Assembly: GCF_964355755.1 (NCBI RefSeq)
Contig: NC_092671.1
Span: forward strand, 23,014,070 to 23,078,069
Direction of reading: 5' to 3'
DNA from: Antedon mediterranea
Lineage: Eukaryota; Animalia; Echinodermata
DNA: 64,000 nucleotides
The position numbers were made by a program, and so were the translations under genes. Shown here piece by piece: positions 53,843 to 64,000 of the stretch. The notes under the pieces were generated by a model. The model made no database searches and was not told the origin of the DNA. It was given only the letters and a program-made list of their open reading frames with translations. Each line of letters begins with the position of its first letter. Position 1 is the stretch's first letter.

Positions 53843-54573
53843 CCGTAGTTCCCCGGGTATAATTCCACCCCCCTTGTACGTGAAATTTGCCCGAATTTGG
53901 GAGAAATTTCCCGGTGCATGAACTGAAAATGACAATATTTCTTCTGGCTACGATTTAGGCTATCTAAAGCTATATTCCGATGTAGGCCTAGACATTAGAC
54001 TGCCAGGTCATCTAGGCCTAGGCGGCATAATTGGTCTATAGATTTTCTTACTTAACTTAAAAAATACCCTAAAATGTGATCTGGGCCTGGCTTCCTAAAT
54101 AATATCGACATAACTCATACGAGTTCTCCGTCTCTCCCGATTCCCCACGCTCGAGCTCTGTGCAAATCGCATGTTGTTGCATGTGACATGAACTACTGTA
54201 CAGTACTGCTCCGGTCGGTATAGAGGGCAGTGTTTTTTTATGGTAATCAAGCATGCAGTAGTGTAAACAAGGCATGCAGAATATACACGGCGAGCGAGTG
54301 TGCGGCGAATGCATGATGTGCAGAACGCGAAGATCGGGGCGATGATATTAAGGTTGTATTCAACTTTACGATGGCCAATGTTTGATGAGTTTTAAGTCAG
54401 CCGAATTCAGAGAAATTACTCTATTTTTTGGTGAGACGTCGGCCTAGCTAGCTAGGCCTACCTTTTCTGTCCTAATGATAAATTATACACTGGGACATGC
54501 TTGCGTGCGAAGGTAATCGTAAAGTCGGGGGTGGGATTATACTCGAGGTGGGATTATACCCGAGGAACTACGG
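53843..54573. mobile_element. Tc1/mariner-type MITE with CCGTA termini
   Basis: CCGTAGTTCC.CGGGTATAAT..CACC inverted at both ends, inserted in (TA)n. Related ends at 23137 and 10072. Confidence 0.85.
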
Positions 54574-54604
54574 TATATATATTTTTGTATTTTCATTCCA
54601 TTTT

Positions 54605-55945
54605 TAGGTGATCATTTAGAATAAAATGATCACCTATTGTTATTTTATCAAATCTTTATTGGTTATCCGCACTTGGCGGATAACCCCTTGTTATTATCAG
54701 GATCTTTTTTTTTTTTTTTTTTCTATGTTCTTCTTTCTTTCCCAGAATTTTGTTGCTAGTGTATCTCTAAATCTTCTCAACATAACATTGTATAACTTTA
54801 TCAGAAGATTGACCTCTATCTGAAGATGTCGTAATAAGGTTTTCGGTCTCGTCCGAGTTGCGCAGCGTAAGTTACGCGTGATTTTATGAATTTCAATGAT
54901 TGATCATAGATTAAAAACCAAAAGTCATTTTGTATTGACACTTGGTGAAAATTTAAGTCATATGAAGGGGAAACTTTCTATGGATTAAAAATGGCATGTT
55001 TCACAGAAAGTTACGCGCGCACGCGCGTTTAAAATTTCAAAATGCGAAAAATCAACTTCTAATCAACTTTCTACGTGTTTCATGTCATTTTGAGCGTTTC
55101 AAAAATTCCCACGGCCGCGCATTTTTTTTACGCGTGCGTGCGCATGTAGCGCAAAAAACATCTATTTTTGCGTGATTTTTGTTTTTTCAGCCTTTTTTAG
55201 TAATTTTACCAACTTTCAAACAATTTTGACTTAAAATCACGTCATACGAGCACATAGAATTGGACAATTTCCGTGCGTTTTTTTATGAAAAAGTTCAAAA
55301 ATTTGTGAAAATTATGCCTTTCTTAAAACAGTCATAGATTGTAAACTACGTGGTGAACTTTTTTAAAATTACATATTCTGGAAGTTGATGAGTTGTAGAT
55401 ATCGAATCATGCATCGATATGGCTAACGGACATTGTGACGTCATCATATGGCCACTCGAATATGAAATATAGGATTTTTGTCTCTTTCGTCATAGCGCGT
55501 CACATTTAATAGAGCGCATCTCCTTTATTCGTATTCCAATTCCCTCAATTTTTTATTATTGTCTAGGTCAATCGATTATCTTTCGCATGATTCACCATTT
55601 TTAAAATTGTGATGACGTCATCATGTTCAAAAGCGTTAATAACTTTGGTCACTTATTTTCACCTATTCTGCACTGTATGTAGTACGTATACAGGATATAG
55701 TGTATACTGTATATACTTAGACGGGACACAAAATAGATCAGAGAGCACACTGAAATTGTTTCAATGGCATAATCGTTTTTCTTTGCGCAATATTCTAATG
55801 TATGATGTGCCGTGGCCTTTGGTGCCGTGGCCTTTGCGCTGCGGAAAACCTAACTCGTCCGAAGTGACGAGTTCAAATCTAGTTTTTATTGTTTCTGGGC
55901 ACTACAGTATTTTGTGTAACAATTATCTAAAAAATAATAATCAAA
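54605..55945 (+). mobile_element. Family B 5' portion with nested family A
   Basis: B 5' palindrome at 54605-54636. B sequence (attttgtgtaac) resumes after 55882. Confidence 0.8.
54660..55882 (+). mobile_element. Complete family A Helentron-type element
   Basis: 5' ggttatccgc-acttg-gcggataacc. 3' gcggaaaacc, hairpin aactcgtc..gacgagtt, then CTAG|T. Confidence 0.85.
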
Positions 55946-56268
55946 TAATATAACTAGATCAACTTTCGTATGCACTTTGAGGTCCAGAAAATTTGACTGA
56001 AATTGATTAAGGATGGTCAAACAATCATTATTGGCTTGGTTACACATTTTGAAAATGTGGCGAAAGGTCAAAAGGTCAAGGTAAAAGGTTATAAAACTAA
56101 ACACCAATAGGTCCTTAAATCTTGACAGCCACTGGTCACAGCGAGGTAATTTTTGTCTCAAATTGATCAGAAGGTATACATTTATTTTCAGTGTAATGGG
56201 ACATTTCAGTAAAAAATGACCGGAAATGCCATTTCTGACCTTTGACCCACACCCCAGGGCATGTATAT

Positions 56269-57869
56269 CTGGGGCGGATCCAGAGGGGGGGGGGTCCACG
56301 GGGTCCGGACCCCCCCTAAATTTTAAGGGTGCCCTTTTTTTAGAGGTTCAATATTTTATTCATATTTGTGTGTATATTAGTATGCACAGAGTAAGCTACA
56401 CTAACCCCAAAAATAAAAACAGAAATTTATCACAATGAGCGCAATGTTAAGTTACGGCGGCCGATCAAAGAGCATTGTGAGAGGTGGTGATGCGTGATGA
56501 TCTCTACTTAAACTTCTAAAAATAGATCGTTTCGCATACTACAGAGGGCGCATGTAACTCCGCGTACGTTACCATGCGCGCTCTGTCATTGATGCGATTA
56601 TTTGTCCATTGGTAAACACATTTTTATGTATTATTATTCTGAAAATAATTGAACTGTAAACATAATTCTTTTGAGTATTTGTTTATTTACATATCATTCC
56701 ATCAGATCAAATATTTTTTATTTACATTACATCCAACCAAACATGTAAAAAATGTAGTTAAAATATCGTACTATCTACCGCGTACGACCATACGCGGTAG
56801 ATTGTTTACTCAAAAATCATCGAACGGTCCTTACACTATACTATTCAACCTTGTTTTTATAGTTGAGCCTCTCATGACCTGGGATTTGTTTGTCTTCCTA
56901 CGCCAAGATAATATAGTTCTACAAGCCATGTGCTTTTTTCTCTGAGAAATATTTATTATAAGTGCCAAAAAAATGTTTTTTTCTCGATATGAAGCCTTTA
57001 TTGAGAAATCTTTTAAAGAAAAATCACACATACCATAAAGAAGGTTCATTTATTTCATTTTTGAAAACAATATTTGTGACAATTACGTGAGGCTCAACTA
57101 CAAAACCACCATTTTGTGATATGATGTCATCGTAAGCCAATCAAAGCTGAGCTTTCCCGCGATCGGCAGAGCTCACGGTTGAATGATTTTGGATTTTGGC
57201 TATTTTGGATTGGTGGACACGAATCACCCACAGCGGAATGTTTTCTCTCGCGCGCGTGTACCAAGAAGTCACGTGATCTCTCTGTTCTGCCTGAACGGTA
57301 CTCTACACAAATTTAGAGCAATGAATTTGTAGGAATTCCGTTAAATAAACAACTCTATATATTTTATAAACATTTAATAACATATTTTATTGATATTTCC
57401 AATGTTGATATATAAAAGAAATTACTATAAAACGTAATTATATGTAATTATTTTAGCGAAAAATGGCGCAATTTGTTTACAACGTTCGTGGCTAAAAACG
57501 ATCATTTTCGGCAATATTTTAGACCCTATATTTCGAAAACTACAAGTCAGATTTTCGTAATTCTTTCTTTATTGGAATATTGAAACAAAATACCAACAGA
57601 TAATGTTTAAATTGGTTGAAACATAACAACTTTTAATTTTGCATCGTTATCCCTGCTAATAAAGTGTCATTTCCGGCGAACTAGAAAGGTGCCATTTATC
57701 ATGGATTTTGCGTGCGAGAGTGCCATTTCCGGCCATCTAAGTGTGTCCTGTAACAAAATTTGCTTCGCCACAACCCCCACCACGGGGGTTGTGGCTCAAA
57801 TACTCAATATCTGATGTGCCCTTTTTATCGGCGGACCCCCCCTCTCAAAAATGTCTGGATCCGCCCCAG
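56269..57869. mobile_element. hAT-like MITE inserted in the left foldback arm
   Basis: TIR CTGGGGCGGATCCAGA. The uninterrupted site catgtatgtatctcc is present in the right arm (~61530). Confidence 0.75.
56540..57655 (+). mobile_element. MITE family D, copy 1 (left end eroded)
   Basis: Colinear with 60070-61146. Ends catcgttatccctg. Confidence 0.7.
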
Positions 57870-58975
57870 TATGTATCTCCGTAACTACTGATCGTAGACA
57901 CTTGAATTTGGTCGAAATAAACATTTTGTTATTTGTTGCACATTTTTTTAAATGTTGCCAAAGGTCAAAGGGTCAGGGTCAAGGGTTATATGAACAAATA
58001 CAAATAGATACTTGTATCTCAGCAACCACTGGTCGCAGCAAGTCAATTTTAGTCTCATAATGTTCAGAAGGCTTGCGTTCATATTCAATCTAATGGGACA
58101 TTTTAGTCAAAAATTATCAGAAATGCCATTTCTGACCTTTGACCCACATATCATGGCATCTTCATATCTCTACAAGTACTGGTAGTAGAAACTTGAATTT
58201 AGTTTCAAATTGTAGAAATACACATATTTACATTCATTCTAACAGAAAATTTGGATAAAAGATGATCAGAAATACTATTAATTACTAATGTTTTAAATGA
58301 AAAACATATCTCTACCCAACTTATCATTAGACAGTAATGTTATGCAATAATTGATGCTTAATGATTTCATTATAAATTTATAGGAATTAAAACAAATCCT
58401 TTACTGTTTGTAATAAGTATTGTTGACCCCCAAGAACGTTCAAACATTTTGATGGAAACGTCGAGCTCAACAGTTAAGAATGCTAGAAGTAACTTACTGT
58501 AGTTACCCGAATAAAAGCCCCGGGCATTTTTTTATTCAGGGAAGGCGTTTATTTTGTTTGGGTGTAATAATGGTAACATGTATAATCAGATAAATACACC
58601 CCAGATATAAAAAAAAAAATTAATATAATAAGATAACTGGATTAAACCTCATTCTATCCTGGTGGAAGTAGAATCATGTAATAAAAGGTATCAGAGACAA
58701 CTATAATAGACCAATTCATTGTCATTATTCCGTAACACTGTTGCATAATATTTTTGAATGTCACCGACATACACAAAACAATAATAAACCAATATATATT
58801 TCTGGAGATTTATTATCAATACCACTAGAAACCTTGACATGTTTTAGGTACTGAATGCATTGACAATAAAAGCATCAGAAGTTATCATGATAAAATCTAC
58901 AACACTGTGACTACAGTACACAAGGGTGTTTTCAGGAAAGCTGGACATATTGTACAATAGTAATGAAACTATGTA

Positions 58976-59128
58976 CAGTCAACTCTCCCAATACCGGACA
59001 CCTTTGGGCCGGCCAAATAAGTGTTTTTAATGGTAAAATTAAATTTGGGACCTTTTGGTCCTCAAAAAAAGTCTGGTATTGGGAGAGTTTCTGGTTTTCA
59101 GAGAGTCCGGTATTGGGAGAGTTGACTG
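58976..59128. mobile_element. 153-bp pogo-like MITE
   Basis: Same TIR as 11316-12594, TA TSD. Confidence 0.9.
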
Positions 59129-60028
59129 TATTGGCATTTAAAAATATGCAAAAGATTGTTGTCAAATTGTAGTTACAAACAAACAGATGATAGAATAAAG
59201 ATCCATTATGAGTGCAATCGTGTCAGGATAATGATGTGTCATTGTTTTATATCATTATGCTGCAGGCACCTGGAGGAGAAGATCCATTTAATGGAATCTA
59301 TCACTTTTATTTTAAAAGACAGAAACATTTCATTAAAAAGCATAAAGAGAAAAAACGAATCATGTAAAGTACCTTTTATCAGTTGAGAACGAAATATAAT
59401 TATTAAAATTAGAGTATTTATTTGAATAAACACCCGCTTTTTGAATAAAAGCCTCCCTCAAATAAACGCCACCATTCCTTCAATAGAACACCAGGTGGAA
59501 TAAACGCCCTGCCACATGCATTTACACAATAATTGTATCACGTCAACACATTTAATTAACTACCATAATCTACAATTTACCAAGCATTTTGACATAATTT
59601 TATCACTTTTGATATTAATTGTGCTGTATATTTTTACATCTAGGTGGTATTTATTTGATTATACATGTTACCCTATTATACCTCAAATAAAGATGCCTCC
59701 TTTCCCCCTACAAACCCTTTTGAACAATAAATGCCTGGGGCGTTTAATCGGATACATATGGCAAGTTACTTCTAGCATTCTGAAAAGAACTGTTGAGCTT
59801 AACGTTTCTATCAAAATGTCCTCGGGGACAGCAATAACTAGTACTTGAAATTAAAACAATTTAAAGTAACATTACTGTCTAAGGATAAGTTGTGTAGATA
59901 TGTTTTTTGTTTGAAACATTAGTAATAGTATTTCTGTTCATCTTTTAACCATATTTTCTATTACAATGAATGTAAATATGTATATTTCGAACAATTTGAT
60001 ATCAAATTTAAGTTTCTACGACCAGTAC

Positions 60029-61146
60029 TAGGGATACCGAGAGCGGACTCCATTTTCATTACCACGATTAAACAGCGCGCACGTTACTATGCGCGCAATG
60101 TCATTGACGCGGTGTTTTTTTACTTTGGTAAACACTTTTTATTAGGTAATTGTTCTGAAAATAAATTAATTATAAATATATCATTTTGAGTATATATTTA
60201 TTTACCTATTATTCTATAAGATCAAGTATTTTTTATTTCCATTTCATTCAACCAAAAATGTGAATATAGTGGTTAAAAGATCGTTATCGCCTAGCGCGTA
60301 TAGCTTTTGTTTACTACAAAACCCTCGGAAGGCTCAATGACCTACCATTTCAACCTTATTTTTGTAGTTGAGCCTCTTATGACCTCAAAATGTTTTTTAT
60401 TCCTACACCAAGATAATATAGTTCCACATACCATGTGCTTGTTACTAAGAAAAATATTAATTTTAACTGCTAAAAAAACAATTTTATCCCGATATGAGGC
60501 CTTTATGATTCGAATATTTCATAGTAACAACCCATATACCATAAAAAATATCCGTTTAGTCCATTTTTTAAATAATTTTTGAAAAATTCCGAGGGGCTCA
60601 ACTACAAAAACGCCATTTTATGGTATGATGTCATCGCAAGCCAATCAAACCTCCGCATTTGACCGCTCCGCAAGTCTCACGGTTGAACGATTTTGGATTC
60701 TCGCCCTTTGATTGGTTGACGCGATTCAACACACAGCGGAATAATTTTCTCGCGAGTGCCGTGAAGTCACATGGTGTCAGGCCTGTCCAATTACACAGGA
60801 AAATAATGCATTGAAATTCTTCGAACGAGGTTAAATAAACACTCTTTTTTATATTGAATTTTACAATGTTGATATATAAAATATGTTACTTAAAATTGTG
60901 ATTTTATATAATTATTTTTACGAAAAATGACTAGTTCATACAATTGTCGACTGAGGGCGCAATTTGTTTACATCGTTCGTGGCTAAAAACGATCATTTTC
61001 GGCGATGTTTTAAACCCTATATTTCGAAAACTACAAGTCATATTTTCATAATTCTTTCTTTATTATAATATTGATACAAAATACTAACAGGCAATGTATA
61101 ATTTGTTTGAAAAATATTAACTTTTAATTTTACATCGTTATCCCTA
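60029..61146 (+). mobile_element. MITE family D, copy 2 (P- or hATw-like)
   Basis: TIR TAGGGATA.CG / CGTTATCCCTA and 7-bp TSD CCAGTAC. Confidence 0.8.
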
Positions 61147-61880
61147 CCAGTACTTAATTTTCTGTTAGAATGAATGTAAATATGTGTATTTCTACAAATT
61201 GAAACTAAATTCAAATTTCTACTACCAGTACTTGTAGAGATATGAAGATGCCCTGGTATGTGGGTCAAAGGTCAGAAATGGCATTCTGATCATTTTCGAC
61301 TAAAATGCCCCATTAGATGGAATATAAATGCATGCCTTCTGAACATTTTGAGACCAGAATTGACTTGCTGCAACCGAGATACAAGTACCTTTTTTATTTG
61401 TTCATATAACCCTTGACCTTGACCCTTTGACCTTTTGTAACATTTTTCAAAATGTATAACAAATAACAAAATATATATTTCGAACAATTTAAAACAAAAT
61501 TCAAGTGCCTACGACCAGTAGTTACGGAGATACATACATGCCCTGGGTTGTGGGTCAAAGGTCAGAAATGGCATTTCCGGTCATTTTTTACTAAAATGTC
61601 TCAGACTGAATATAAATGTATACCTTCTGATTAATTTAAGACCAAAATTACCTTGCTGTGACCAGTGGTTGTTGAGATTTAATAAGGACATATTGATGTT
61701 TGGTCTTATGACCTTTTACCCTGACCTTGACCTTTCGCCACATTTTCAAAATGTGTAAACAAGCCAAAAATGATTGTTTGACCACCCTAAACCAATTTCT
61801 GAAGTCAAATTCTCTGGACCTCAAAGTGCATACGAAAGTTGATCTAGCTACTAGAGTAAAAATAATTTTTGTATATTTTA

Positions 61881-62235
61881 ACGTGTTCAAATTCTTTTTT
61901 AAATCTATAATCATAATCCATCATATTGATGGCAGGTAATTTCCAAATGTAGCTGACGTGTTCAAATTCTTTTTTAAATCTATAATCATAATCCATCATA
62001 TTGATGGCAGGTAATTTTCAAATGTAGCTTACGTGTTCAAATTCTTTTTTAAATCTATAATCATAATCCATCATATTGATGGCATGTAATTTTAAAATGT
62101 AGCTGACGTGTTCTAATTCTTTTTTAAATCTATAATCATAATCCATCATATTGATGGCAGGTAATTTCCAAATGTAACTTGCTTGTTCAAATTTTTTTTA
62201 AATCTATATAAATCATAAGACATCATATTTGATTG
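61881..62235. repeat. 75-bp minisatellite, almost 5 copies
   Basis: Units start acgtgttc at 61881, 61956, 62031 and 62106, with a degenerate unit at 62181. Confidence 0.95.
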
Positions 62236-63168
62236 CAGCGAATTTTATAATTTTACTAATTATTATTGTGTTTAAATAATTTCATAGTTATGCAATTTTA
62301 TTTATTATACAGTAGACCTATGCTGTAGTTCAAAGGTCAATAACCATAATATCAGCCATTCTTGTACAAACATGTTTTAAACAATTTTAAAAAAAAATGT
62401 CATAAGACCAAAATGTTGCAGAGTTATATTATTATATTTGACTAATAGTTCAAAAGTCAATACAGTAGTTGTAAAATCGGCAATTTTGTGTAAAAACATC
62501 TCATTATAATGAATATGAATGTATAGTTTCTGAACAATTTGAGCCCTATTTCGTGTCTCTCCGATTATTGGTTACTGAGATACGATAAATCAAGGTCAAA
62601 GGTCAAAATATCAGAAATAAGACTTGTCTCTATGATCAGTAGTTATCCAGATAGAAGGTCAAGGTCAAGACAAATATTTCCTTTCGCTTTTGGACAAAAA
62701 AAATTCATTAGATCAAATATAAATATATACTGTAGGTCCTGAGCAATTTTATAAGACAAGGTCAAAGGTCAAAATGCCAGAAATGGTAATTTGCAGCCAT
62801 TTTTGGACAACAATGTTGTATTAGAGTGAATATTATACAGATATTGCCTGGTTAGAAGTTAAATATAAGATTTGACATCCCAGAGGGAATGATATTTTGT
62901 TCGAGGAAATATATTTCCCGAAGCGCATAGCCGTGCGTACCAGATTACTACCATGAGTATTGACCAATAACAAACGGTCTTTCATCACATCTAAAGAGGG
63001 CGAATAACAAATGAGGGCGCTATGTATGCATAATTAAATAGTTTAGTTGATTCAATTTTGCATGGCGCAGCAGGAAAAACATTGTCTCGTGATGATGTGG
63101 ACTAATCTTCACTAGCTCAAGTCTCAATTTTAAATAGTTCAAGAGTATCATGCTGTCTATCCCAGAAG

Positions 63169-63498
63169 TTATTTATCGAGCATTACTATTAATTTGATAC
63201 ACTTTATATTTATCGATTCCATGTATGCTGTTTCAAAAGGTAAATTAGCAATTTCGCAACTCCTTGTATTTCCAAACCTATCCCCCATTATTATTAGCCT
63301 CTTATTAGATAAATTCAGAGTGTTCAGGTAAGCGAATGCCTCTGGTTCGTGGTAAGAGGTAGTGGAATGTAGCAGCAGTGGAATGTAGCAGCAGACAAAA
63401 ATCGGGAACAGAATACAGTTCAAATTCAATTTTGTCAATTAAATCGCACATCATTTTTATTACATCTTTGGCGAGAACATTTCGAATTAAGACAGCAC
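63169..63498 (-). pseudogene. Possible LINE apurinic endonuclease fragment
   Basis: Two ORF-track frames join once a 16-bp tandem duplication (gtggaatgtagcagca) is removed. The joined frame contains KRLIIMGD, like the APE motif IIMGDFN. Confidence 0.4.
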
Positions 63499-64000
63499 TG
63501 TTACAACCGCAAATGTAGAAAACGCCAGCTAATGTCGAAACAACCGTTAATGTAGAACAATCCAACACTAATGTAGTAAAACCTCCAACTACTTTTTTAT
63601 TTTTCTACCATTGTACCTTTTATATTTTTCTCCTTTTTGTTTTTACTATTATACGATATAAACAGCATTACACGCGTACATCGTAACGCGAGCATTTCAT
63701 TCTATACGTACGCACTTTTATCGAACATAATTTAAACCAAACTAAATCATACATAAAACGATAAGACATCAATCGATTCAGTTAAAAACCAGTTTTAAGG
63801 TACTATTAAACTTTTAAATTTAAATTAATTTATGTTCTATCCACTCTACTATTTCCATATAAAGATATTGTGGAACCACGTCAGGTCAAGTTCAATATTG
63901 AATATCGAAAAGTGGCAGGCTATAGGCGCTTGACCTTTGACAAGATCGCCTAAAATTTATAAATTAAACTTACGATTTGTATATTAAGGAATATCCGCTC

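Larger units (their letters stand above)
55954..61847. mobile_element. Large foldback element with (C)TAG termini (Academ-like)
   Basis: Ends CTAGATCAACTTTCGTATGCACTTTGAGGTCCAGA are inverted. Arm homology continues to ~58600 / ~59600 once the inserts are removed. No clean TSD. Confidence 0.8.

Noticed and set aside
61881-62235. Regular repeat array that could be taken for CRISPR
   Set aside because: The 75-bp units are repeated in full with no unique spacers, there are no cas genes, and the context is eukaryotic. It is a minisatellite.

Overview
AT-rich eukaryotic (animal, probably marine invertebrate) genomic DNA that is almost entirely transposable-element debris. It lies inside the introns of a minus-strand host gene the ORF track misses, a SETDB1/eggless-like H3K9 methyltransferase. 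Three phase-compatible GT-AG exons are visible: 46460-46580 (Tudor domain, ...[12 protein letters not shown]), 44848-44962, and 21428-21592 (carries a histone H3 tail mimic, RQTARKSS). The ~23-kb intron between the last two exons holds a five-level nested stack: Helentron-type element B contains Helentron-type element A, which contains a 16-kb TA-TSD TIR element, which contains a 10-kb Mutator/Phantom-like element (9-bp TSD, spliced PHD+FLYWCH gene remnant), which contains three canonical Helitrons. Family A sits at the same spot inside family B three times. Several 15-28 bp CA...TG micro-inserts with ~7-bp target duplications look like P-element excision footprints. The window also has decayed LINEs (L2, Crack/CR1, RTE, RTEX-like, and one with a 2A-like StopGo motif plus PHD finger), tRNA-derived SINEs, many MITEs, a decayed Academ-like transposase, a 5.9-kb foldback and minisatellites. 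All family assignments come from motif recognition by eye, not database searches, and boundaries of decayed elements are approximate.
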